DNA from: Catajapyx aquilonaris
Lineage: Eukaryota
Direction: 5' to 3'
DNA length: 20,000 nucleotides
Assembly: GCA_000934665.2 (NCBI GenBank)
Contig: KZ539491.1
Span: 47,497-67,496, forward strand
Shown here: positions 10,551-20,000 of the stretch, piece after piece
How positions within the stretch are numbered: position 1 is the first letter of the stretch
How the letters are laid out: every line of letters begins with the position of its first letter
Notes under the pieces: model-generated
Database searches by the model: none
What the model saw: only the letters and a program-made list of their open reading frames with translations
Told to the model about the DNA's origin: nothing
Translations under genes and position numbers: made by a program

Positions 10551-11499
10551 CACCCACAAGTCGCGCACCGGAGCAAACTCAAGGATATACATGTAAGCTA
10601 ATTGCTGACAAATCATACATCATCATACACTTCTAACAAGTGAAGACCTGCAATGCCTCAGTTGATCCAAATTGAGTTGGCATTATTAAAGTAATCCCTT
10701 ATAAGTACATATAGGTCAATGTAATTTTTAAACATGGCATATCTCGCATTATTCCAATATGACCAGTATGAAATTCATATGTCTACATTTCAGTTCCAAA
10801 TGTTGTACAATCCTACAACATCAGATGCCTCGAATGCTTACCCTTAAAGGTCCGGGGCAAAAAAACAAACAATTATACCAGCTTGTACACGCTGCCAGTT
10901 TTCGCAATAGTAAGCATGTTTGCCAACGAAAATTGGCTCCCCCGCCCCCCTTGAAAGCACTTTTCTTCCACTTCTCCTCACTTCTAACTTCATTTAAGGC
11001 CCGTAACAATAGAGGCGGAGAGACGAGGTGGAGGAGGCGAATTGAGAGAAGTATCCCGTGCGCTTTCCTTTTCTCTGGCAGACCTTCAATTTCCATGTAA
11101 ACGAAGGATAATGACGTTATTTTCTAGGCCGAACCTGCAAGAATCGTCTGCTAGTACGGATTGAGCCCTAGGGAGAAAGGGTAGAAAAAAAAGGACCGAA
11201 GAAAAAGGGGATAGATGCCGGATAAAAAAAATATATGTGCCATAATCGGTGTCAAGGTTTAGCAAAAGCTGGCTATGGGCCGGAAACCTGGTTAGTTTTT
11301 CCTACAAGGATGTTGGTCATAAACTCACAGGTTGCCTAACTTTCGCCCCGGTTTCGATTTTTATGCTGTTGTTTAGGACGTTGTATAGGCCAACCGGATT
11401 CCGCATCTTTCACCCATATGCCGGCTAATATTATCGGGGGGGCCTGATATTTATATTTTTGGCAGCTTGTATGGGGCTGGAGGTATATACGTAGGCCTG

Positions 11500-12065
11500 A
11501 GTGCGAAAGTGGTTCAGCTAGTTAAGGGTAAGAGTAGAGGGTTTTATGTACCATTTGAAGAGTCGTAATATTCTATATCTAGCTGAGCACAGAGAGTTGT
11601 GCGCAGAAAGATTTCCCTCGGCCCATTTCATGCCTTTTTTGGAAGGGATCTATCGTAGGTTGTTATTAGGGCTAGACTTGTAAACGCTGTCGGTTTAATG
11701 TTGGTGTGTTTTACCATCGTAACCGCTTTTGTTTTCCATACATTAGTGAAGTCCCCTGTGGCGATTTCATAGTCGCAAAAGTGCAAAAATTGAATTAATA
11801 CAGAGTTGAACCCTGCAGTCATCACTATTCATTTAAATATCAGTCGTTGCAGACATGTTGCTGATAGTTTTTTTAGACGTCCCAAATGTTCGGCCACATT
11901 TCTAAAAAAAATTCAATGACTGTCAACCCGTGTACACAATTTCATCCACCAACTTTTGTCACATTCGAACTGACATATCGCTATCGAAACATTTAACTTG
12001 ATTTCGGCTGCAGTCCGAGCCACACTTCATTAGGCTCTGTGTATCCAGGACATCCAAACTCAATT
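11500..12065 (-). mobile_element. Possible degenerate LINE APE-endonuclease remnant
   Basis: Minus strand in order: LDV.G.TE..EVWL (~12060-12015), R.D..GG (~11970-11945), EIATGDF (ORF 11628..11825; cf. IIxGDFN), QLDI (~11585), S(D)HF-like (~11520). Confidence 0.33.
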
Positions 12066-12693
12066 CCGCATCAAGACTCCCCAACATTTAAGCAAAGTCT
12101 GTTTACTATACCTCCCAACCTATTCAAGCTACTCCTGATACCAAGAGTAAACAATTTGAAAATAACCCCCCCCCNCCCCTCAGTTAATTTACCCCCGGTA
12201 AGGTACTCCACCTAAATGCTCATACATAGTTTGGGAAGGCACTTAACCCAACGAAGCATTTGAAAGACCTAACTCTCATTTTTTTTAAACCAACCAACCA
12301 GCCTCCCCACTTCTACACTGGGGGTGGAAAAGGCACGAAGCGTTTCAACTAAGAAATTGAAAACTTGCCCATGACAGGATGAATAGGGCCAGGGCTCTGG
12401 GGAGCTAGTTTTTCGTGTAGTTGCGAGGCCCATGGACTAGCAAAGAGGAGGCCCTTCTGCTTGAAACTTTTCTGTCAGGCTTGTAGTGCAAGGTGAATAG
12501 GGAGGGTGGGGTGGGTGGAGATGGGGGGGAAACAGGAAAACAGCTCTCATCAGCGACGTCCTAACTAGATTTTCTTCTTCGAGGAAATAGTCTGTCTGAT
12601 GGGATCAACCTAGAAAAGCTGCCAGCACTTTTTGGATGGGTTAATTTATTATATCAGGTATGCGCACGGCATCACTACAAACCCGATTGTTAT

Positions 12694-12827
12694 ATTGATT
12701 CTAAATCGTGGGAATGGGACAGAAAGGTAATTTACAATGGGTTTATTGAGTGTTAATGTTATTTAAACTGTCCGATCGGCTTAATTTATATTAGTCGGAT
12801 GAACAGTTTACGGTCCAGCGTTAATTC
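12694..12827 (+). repeat. Diverged direct repeat, copy 1 (~135 bp)
   Basis: Aligns by hand to 13065-13198 at about 79% identity, offset 371 bp. Confidence 0.9.
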
Positions 12828-13064
12828 GACTGTTTACGCTTCTGACAAAACGGGTGTGTAACAACATAACAATAATAAACGACCTGTTGGGCGATTTATG
12901 CTCGTGACGTGACAACGATTTCTGCAAAAAATAGCGACCAATGGGCGACCTTTTTTTCGGTCCATTTCGTTCCGTTCCCTAACACAGCACACGAACTACA
13001 AAGGGAACTAGGTGCAGTTTCATTTGTCAAAAACTGGTACCGGACCAACAGAGCATGATTGCAA

Positions 13065-13198
13065 ATTGATTGTAAATCCTGGAAATGGGACTGTCGGAAA
13101 TTTACAGTGGTTTTATTGCGTGTTAATGCTATTTAAAATGGTCCAATCAGTTTAATTTATATTGATCACACGAGCAGTTCAGGGTTGATCGTTAATTC
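13065..13198 (+). repeat. Diverged direct repeat, copy 2 (~135 bp)
   Basis: Aligns to 12694-12827; shared blocks include aatgggac, aatttaca, tttattg, gtgttaatg, tatttaaa, ttaatttatatt and cgttaattc. Confidence 0.9.
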
Positions 13199-13474
13199 AG
13201 TTGGACATAGAATTTGAATTGGAGGACACACGTCGCAATCGCCACCCATCAAAGAATACAAATATCGCCCAAAGTTTTGGCAACCAACCCCCCGATTTTT
13301 ATGCATCTAATTTTAACTAACTCTACGCGTGCCACTATAAAACACCAAGTAGGACGTTTATTTTTGTCCCACATATTCACCATTTATTCTAAGACGCCTC
13401 ATTTTTGTTGCCGGATCGAAACCTAGGAGGACTACGGGTCCAGGGGGGTGGGGGTGGGGGGTGAGAGAAACGTT

Positions 13475-14295
13475 GCCTTGAACGCTTGAAGGCGTTATAC
13501 CTGGCAGGTCCAAGGATAAGGAATTCCAAAGATCAGTAAGCGTAGTGTAGTGCGTGTGCCTTTTGTCACTTGCTTTTGCGAGTCCGATGGGAATTGGAGC
13601 CTTGCTTTTCAGAAAGCGGCTACAAAGCCTAGGAAAAGCTTCCTTTGAAATTGGATGTGCAGGTGATAAGATCTCGGTTATAGATCACAGCAAACTGAAG
13701 AAGAATCTGGGAGGGTAGGTGTGACAGGGAGGGGGGCAAGGGATCCAAACACTCTGGACGACCTACCTCTGTCCGTCATAAAATTTCGTCCTTTTTGTCA
13801 TGTCGCGACAGAACTCCAGATACAATCTGGCCTTTCTGTTTGGACAAGGCTGTGGAGAAAAATGTGTTGCATATGCTACGGAGTCAGGTATGTACGCGGT
13901 TGGGTTCCATACGCGACGGGGAAAAAAACGACGCGACGCTCCGCGGTTTTCTCCTACAGTACATATTATTGTCGCCATACATGAGAAATCCACCAAGTTC
14001 AATTTTATCAATCTTACTCTATTTCTATCCCTAAGTAGCATTTTAAATGCTCTTGGTGAAGTCCATTCAGCAGGACTGACTCCTACAGAATTCCACCACG
14101 TGTTTCGGAAACCGCGACGTTTATTTCGTCGCGTTTTAAACGCCGTAACAGGAACGTACATGAATCGGATTAGCACGCGAAATTGGGACCATTTTCCATT
14201 AGAAACTCGACCCTCTTTACGTATGGACATCAGGTTTTGCAATCATCCTAATTGGGTTCCCTTCTTTGAAGGAACCTGCTCTAGAACAGTATCGA
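13475..14295 (-). mobile_element. Degenerate 3' part of a CR1/L2-like LINE ORF2, split by a MITE
   Basis: Minus strand in order: VLEQVPS.K..LG.LQN (~14287-14235), LIRFMY|IPDSVAYA (rejoined across the insertion), LE, LWNSL (13531-13517), AFK (13485-13477). Confidence 0.55.
13895..14156. mobile_element. ~262-bp MITE-like insertion with degenerate TIRs and TA (GTAC context) duplication
   Basis: Left gggttccatacgcgacggggaaaaaaacgacgcg (13902-) versus reverse complement of the right end ggcgtttaaaacgcgacgaaataaacgtcgcg (-14144). gtac at both 13892-13895 and 14156-14159. Removing the insert restores the LINE reading frame. Confidence 0.55.
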
Positions 14296-15746
14296 GCAGG
14301 GGCGTTCGGGTGGCTGGATGAGGGTGGGTGGGGTTGGAGGCTGAGGAAGAACGAGGTTGTCGTAGTGCAAGTGAGGTTAAGAGCTGCAGAAAGGAACTTA
14401 ATCACGGCGAAATCGTTGCCCTAAAATTTCCTCAGACGACTTGCTTTTAACGTGATGCAGTTCTCGGAGAGTAATTTCATTAAGCCGTCGGCGTCAGATT
14501 GAATTAGGATACTTGTTCTCAATAATCGGGATTATTTGAAAGTGAGTCTGCCTTTGAGAAAATTTTGCAGGGGAAGGGAAAACGCCTGCAATACCTCACC
14601 CAATAGGTAGCAGGCCTTGCACGTTGCTCTAATAGCATCGTAGACCTACTTTGGGAGATTCGCAGGGGAGGGTGGGAGGAATGTGCTGCAGGAAGATTTC
14701 GAATACAAGGAGCCTGAAATGATGAGTGACAGAAATGTCTCGAATGGAATCAGCTACCAAATTGTAGCCAACTTATACGCCTAATCGCATTCCCAGCTGC
14801 TGGAGTAATATACGTTATTAGGCCCATGCTATCCGGATGATTATGGGAACAAAGAGGTGTCAGAAATATTGACTGGCTCGTAACACCTTGCACATTAGCT
14901 TCCCATGACATCTTGGCATGCGCCAGTTTAAAAGGTTCATTTTAATAATAGAATGTAAAAATTTTAAGAGCATGTCTGTAAATTGATGGGAAGCTGCATT
15001 CCGTATTTTGAATGTGCTACCTGACGCAATTTTTGAGAATTTTACGCCGATATTACATCATAAGTGGCATTATGAGAGCGTTTACGAATTGCTATTTACT
15101 AGGCTGAAATTTCTTTAATACCCTGCAGACTGCCTGCAGAAATACTGTAATATTGAATTGCCTAATATAACAAGAGCCGAAACCCTCAGCATAAAAATTG
15201 TGGGGTGTTAGGCCCTATGTAACTTGCTTCACTCAAGATTTTAAAAAATACTGACACCTCACACTTGGAGGAGATATCCCAACATTACGTTACTACATTA
15301 CGCTACATTACACAAGCATACAATATTGTAATTCCATTTTTTTACCTTTGCTTTGTAAGTAGGCCTAATTCATCCCTCAAATGGGGTAATTAAAATAAAA
15401 TAAAAATAAATAGGAGGCCTAATTCAGAATCTCCTACAATGCTCTTGAAAATATAAACAAGTAGACCTATAGATCTCCCATGAAAATATTGGACCGTCCT
15501 CATTTAGCTAATGACAAATTAACGTACATGCATAAGTACGGTCCTTAAAGAAATTGAAAAAAAGCGTGGCTGAATGTAATCGTGATGTGACAGGTTGAAA
15601 CTTCTTTAGGACAATCCGGACCCGAAGAAAGAGGCTCGAAAAGGTGAGGTTGCCGTGATAAACCCCCTGGTCCCTTTTTGCTTGATTCCTGACAAATCGA
15701 CGTCCTTCACTGGGTTCAATCAAGAAAACCTCTTATTTTTTCCCCA

Positions 15747-15761
15747 CTCTTCCTCTCTCTC

Positions 15762-15806
<45 letters not shown>

Positions 15807-15807
15807 N

Positions 15808-15837
<30 letters not shown>
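15747..15837 (+). repeat. (CT)n / (GA)n microsatellite within a longer polypyrimidine tract
   Basis: Seen directly; source of the SLSL/RERE ORFs. Confidence 0.97.
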
Positions 15838-15840
<3 letters not shown>

Positions 15841-18134
15841 TGCTTTCTTTTCATTTTTCCTCTCTTTTCTTGGGATGGCTCCTCCGGGGAAATATTTCTC
15901 TGGAGCGGCATATAGTGCAAGTGGTGATAAATATAGAGTTCGTGAAGCGTACCCGAGAGGCTGGATAGTCATGGTTTTCTTCTAGCACAAGAGTTTCCGC
16001 CATTTTTGGGCAACAATTGTACCGCCTGTTTATTGGCTATCAGTTTAAATCTAGTGTTCCAGAGGCGATTGAATTACAGGGGGAGCTTAACAGGCGGATG
16101 CATGCAAAGCCAATAATGTGAGATGAGAGCCCTCATATCAACTGGATTGAATTTTTGGGGGTAAATGATTTGCTTCGGGTGAGTGTGTATGGCAGCTTGG
16201 AAAAGCCAAGGTGAAGTTTTGTGCCAGGATGCGGGCCAGCGTTAGTTATCGGCTCGTTAAGAAGGCTGGCGGCACTGAGGAAAAATGTGTGCTAAAAGTC
16301 TGAGTCGACTTCATGCTCTAATCCGACACAGCAGCGCATTCCCCGCAGGACTCTAAAAAGGCCTACAGTGCTGAATAACTTTTTGACTTCCTGGTTTAAA
16401 AATAAGCCATGTGTCAAATGTTTCGGTTGCACCACACCACCTCTTGCATATTGCACTCGCAGTAACGATTTTGCCCTTTGACACTCACACTGTGCTACAG
16501 TGTCATATAGTGGGGAGCGACACTTCATCGCTACCAGTGCGTACTATTCTGTGGTATTGTCAAATTGCAACTTTCTTGTCATAATTGTGAAATATAATCT
16601 AAACCTGTGTACTAAATTGTGAATGGACATTTCAAGTGACATTTTTTGTATAGATAGTAACTATAAAATCTGTTTCCCAAACATCCTCTTCATGATTGGC
16701 GTACAGTATACAGTTGCGTATACCATTGAAAACACAGTTAAATTAACTGTAATAATATGTAGTTCACGGCTTAATTTTAAAGTGAGACAACAGACCAGAG
16801 TGGAAGTGAGCGTCCGCGAGATTTTTGCCAATACGGTTGTGAACTATATTCTGAAACACAGCATTATAATGTTGCCCAACTTGCATCATTAATCAACATT
16901 TTAATGACAACCAGACGCGACGGATTGGAAGAGATATGTAATGAATACACGAGTGGCGTGGTGCATATTTCAATTCATTTCGTGACGTGGTGTCGTGTAC
17001 TTCTCCTTTGGATCTGACGTGAGTGCAACATTCCAGCCAATGCCACGGCTGCTATTGTCGGCGTCGACCTTGGGAGGAGACTAGAGAACGTAAATTGCAC
17101 AATGCCAAAGGGCCACTTTTTATAGCCCAACACCCCAACATTTAATGGAGTCGTTATTCTGAGTTGTTCCCTTCCATTTGCCAGGGATTTGATACCGAGA
17201 CGTACCGTACTTGTGTCTCCCTTTTTTTATTTCGTCCGCTCAAAAGGTGCGGCGTAAATACTTTTTGGACGAGACCATTTTTTTGTGGGTCCGTTATAGC
17301 ACACTTCCTCCAAAGTATGTGTCTGCTACTGTACCATCTCCGGCTGCAATTAAGCTTACTTGTAACATCAGCAGAAGGACAAAGTAATCTTTGCTTGTAT
17401 CTGCCTACCACTTAGTGCCAACTGAACCACAGATGGTTTCCGTTTTTGAGCAGTGCTGTAACTTGTCAAGGAAACATTTGTTAGCACTCCTGTTTCCCAG
17501 GTGCTTTTTTTTAATCACAGCTACTCTAATAGTCATTTGGGAGCGTTCCACGTGGGGAAAATTATGTCGCTACTTGGAGCCGTAATTGCGTTATCTGGGA
17601 CAATTTTCTTTACAGTTCGAATGATTTTTCTGCATTCGATAGACTTCTGCCTCCTGGTCCTTTTTTTCTTAGCAAGCAAAGGAAAAAACCAGAGGGAGAG
17701 GAAGAATAGCACTTGCTTGCGAAAACAACCGTGAAGCAGCAGCCGAGGAAATTGAAATCCGATCTCTGTATTTAATGAAAGATGGAAAGTCCACAAGCCG
17801 GAGGGTGAAAGAGAAGGTTTTTTTCTTCTTCTCTTGTTCCTTCAGGCAACTTGAAACCGTTCCAGCAAGAGAAATAATCGAGATAATGTCTTGAGGCATT
17901 TGTAATCTCATCCTCTCGGGATAGCGCTCCGTTTTTTTTGATCATCGAAGCGTCAATAATCATCAATGAAGAAAACACATTAAGATTTTCAGTACACCCC
18001 CAATAAACAATAAGCATCCAAGTACATAGTCAGAAAAATATTACCAAACCACATGTTGATCCTAGTCCACGTGGGTTGTCATTGGCCCCCATTGCGATGG
18101 CTGCCCTCCCCCTATAGTATCGACATCAGCCCTG

Positions 18135-18232
18135 GATAAATGGCCGGATCGGAGGAACCTGCCGCTAGATGGGGGCGCTTGATAAATGGCCGACTTTTGA
18201 TGGATTGACAGATGAGTGACTGAGTAAATTGG
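18135..18232 (+). promoter_or_regulatory. Candidate enhancer: cluster of Pbx/Exd-Hox and Meis/Hth-type sites
   Basis: gataaatggccg twice (18135, 18181), TGATAAATGG 18180-18189, TGATGGATTG 18198-18207 overlapping TGACAG 18206-18211, TGAGTGACTG 18213-18222. Confidence 0.45.
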
Positions 18233-18829
18233 TTGTCGCGAGATAGGTGCCTGGGGAGCCATGGGGACAAACTGACTCACACGACCGGTGACGCATCATT
18301 GCATTCAGCTCTTGTCTAAGCCCAGAATGATTACTGCCACCATTTGACTGGACGGATAATGATCCGGCAGCAGGTTTATGGGCCGGCTTCTAAATGGCGA
18401 AGGAAAGTTTGAGATTAGCGAGATGCTCCTCTCGTTTTATTAGTCCCATTGATGACGTGCTTTACAGGCAGTTGATCAACAGCAAGGAGCTGAAATGTGT
18501 ACCTGCTTGCAGTCAACGGAGTCATCGGTCATATCTACGCTGCAGGATACCCAAAATGGTGCAAGCAACAAAGAGAATGAAATACAAGCAGCCTATCTTC
18601 ATTTGACTTGGTCCGGCCTATAGGCGATGGCCGACCATTATAGTGCTAAATGGCGAGGATAATTGCAACAGTGCGGGTTGCTTTTTTGGACGTCCAGTTT
18701 ATGAAATTATGCAGGGCCCGTGTTATGGGGTTGAAAAGTGAGCCAAATTTGGGGCTATGGTTATACCATTTTTCTTTTCAGCCCTCATGATGTACTGCAC
18801 ATTGGCATATGTAGGCCTCTATTAATAAT

Positions 18830-19645
18830 ATTGGACTGTCATTTCGCCATTAATAACGGGCGTATTTTATGCTTCATTAAATCCAGAAGCGCGGTGCATA
18901 CAGATTTCATTTATACAGTACACGGGCTCTGACAAGTTTATAATATTAATAACAATACAGCTGTATGTTTAGTGGGCAATGTCTCGTGTGCAACTGCAAA
19001 ATTAGCCGATTCCGCAGCCAATACATCATAATATTGTGCCAAATCAGTCCGGCAGAATATTCGCAATATGATGGCTGTGTCATTAGTGGCCGGCACGCTC
19101 TGTTGTTTTTCCTGTAAATGAAATTTTGTGCCCCAGTTTCGCTGCACATTTGTTAATGCATTCCAGTCGTTTAAGCCCAAAAGAAAAGTTTCACCTGGGC
19201 CATTTGTGGCAAGAAATACTGTGATTTACAGTGAGTAGAGCTTTGCATATACTCACGGGGGAAAGTGCAGCCATTCGTGGGAATAAATTGTTCACTGGAA
19301 CTGCCTCTTGTTTCAATATTTTTGTTGCACTTGGCCACCAACCAGAAGCCTCCGAAACATGAAGGATGAACCTGTTGGTGAAGTGGGATGCTGGAACGAC
19401 GCATACTTCACGAGGTCCAAGCACGCATCAACTTGTTATTTCGGATCTCAGTTGGATTATAGTCACATAAAAAAATAGTGACCGAATTTTTTAGAGCCCG
19501 TTCACTAACTCAATTCAATCTGCTGGCAGCCAGTTACATACGATGGGTTCACCCCAGAAATAGACTATTTACTGTCAGTACGGGGGTCAAAAACACTGAT
19601 CAAAATACTAAACAAATTTGGCTTGCAGTACACCCCAGGACCCTA
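18830..19645 (+). mobile_element. Degenerate hAT (Ac/ZBED-like) transposase remnant
   Basis: Plus-strand motifs in canonical order: DCHF...RILCF......HT (18834-18902), QNIRNMMA (~19052-19077; cf. DNAxNMxxA), FAAHLL (~19138; cf. CxAHxL), EVGCWNDAYF (19380-19409; cf. DVxTRWNSTY), SDLSW..FLEPF (19441-19503), LAVHPR (~19622-19639; cf. AxxLDPR). Confidence 0.62.
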
Positions 19646-19972
19646 CCCCACCACCATCTTTTCCACTGGCAGAGCGTCAATGAAAGCAGCCTTGCAGCAC
19701 TTGCAGCAGGCGAAAGTCATTCTGGGGAACCTTGAGACTTCTTGGAGACTTAGGCCGTCGGAAGTGATTCAGAGCCGGCCAACAATGTTATTTTGAGTCA
19801 GCTGTCCAGGAAGAAGCACTTTTGAATCGGGCCGGCCACCCCCTTCAAATAATTGCCATCAAGGTTTCGGCGGCCCCCCGACCGAAACGCTTTTAGCGTG
19901 TTGTAATCAAAGTCAGAGCTGAAGGAAGACTGGCCGGTGTTTATTTTCAGGTGCTGCTTAAATACAGAAAAT

Positions 19973-19990
19973 GGGGGTGGGGGGGGGGGG
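19973..19990 (+). repeat. G-run at window end
   Basis: Seen directly. Confidence 0.85.
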
Positions 19991-20000
19991 CGCTAACGCT

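Noticed and set aside
11765..11784. 17/20 match to miR-153
   Set aside because: Seed mismatch, no proper opposite arm, and it lies in a probable LINE remnant.
12540..12560. Minus-strand CUGAUGA (hammerhead core)
   Set aside because: No stem II or GAAA partner at the right distance.
15655..15972. SLSL/RERE-repeat ORFs and a 36-aa sORF (MAPPGKYF...) just after the repeat
   Set aside because: Microsatellite artefacts; the sORF has no supporting evidence.
16450..16460. tattgcactcg (miR-92 5' end)
   Set aside because: 11-nt match only; no hairpin.
18348..18368. Partial resemblance to miR-184 (tggacgga..tgat..ggc)
   Set aside because: Several mismatches plus a gap; no star arm upstream.
1..20000. 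CRISPR arrays, tRNA/rRNA genes, operon-like gene clusters
   Set aside because: No regularly spaced repeats, cloverleafs or dense long ORFs; the sequence is eukaryotic non-coding in character.

Overview
Eukaryotic (animal, probably invertebrate) non-coding DNA that looks like a large intron or gene desert. It is moderately AT-rich, with CpGs present, G/C homopolymers and a (CT)n microsatellite. None of the listed ORFs looks like an intact cellular gene. Hand translation across stops and frameshifts shows a mosaic of very old transposon fossils: Penelope-like, three hAT-type transposase remnants, a PIF/Harbinger transposase, LINE RT/APE pieces, and two MITEs. One MITE has clean TIRs; the other is nested in-frame in a LINE. 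The most interesting non-TE signals are (1) a branch point + polypyrimidine + AG|GT junction followed by downstream donors at 8684-8768, a candidate recursive splice site with RS-exon; (2) a dense TALE/Hox motif cluster at 18135-18232; (3) a ~135-bp duplicated element that retains its homeodomain-type cores; and (4) a ~60-nt hairpin at 9750-9810. All family calls come from motif recognition by eye; no searches were run. I found no clear-cut new multi-gene system.
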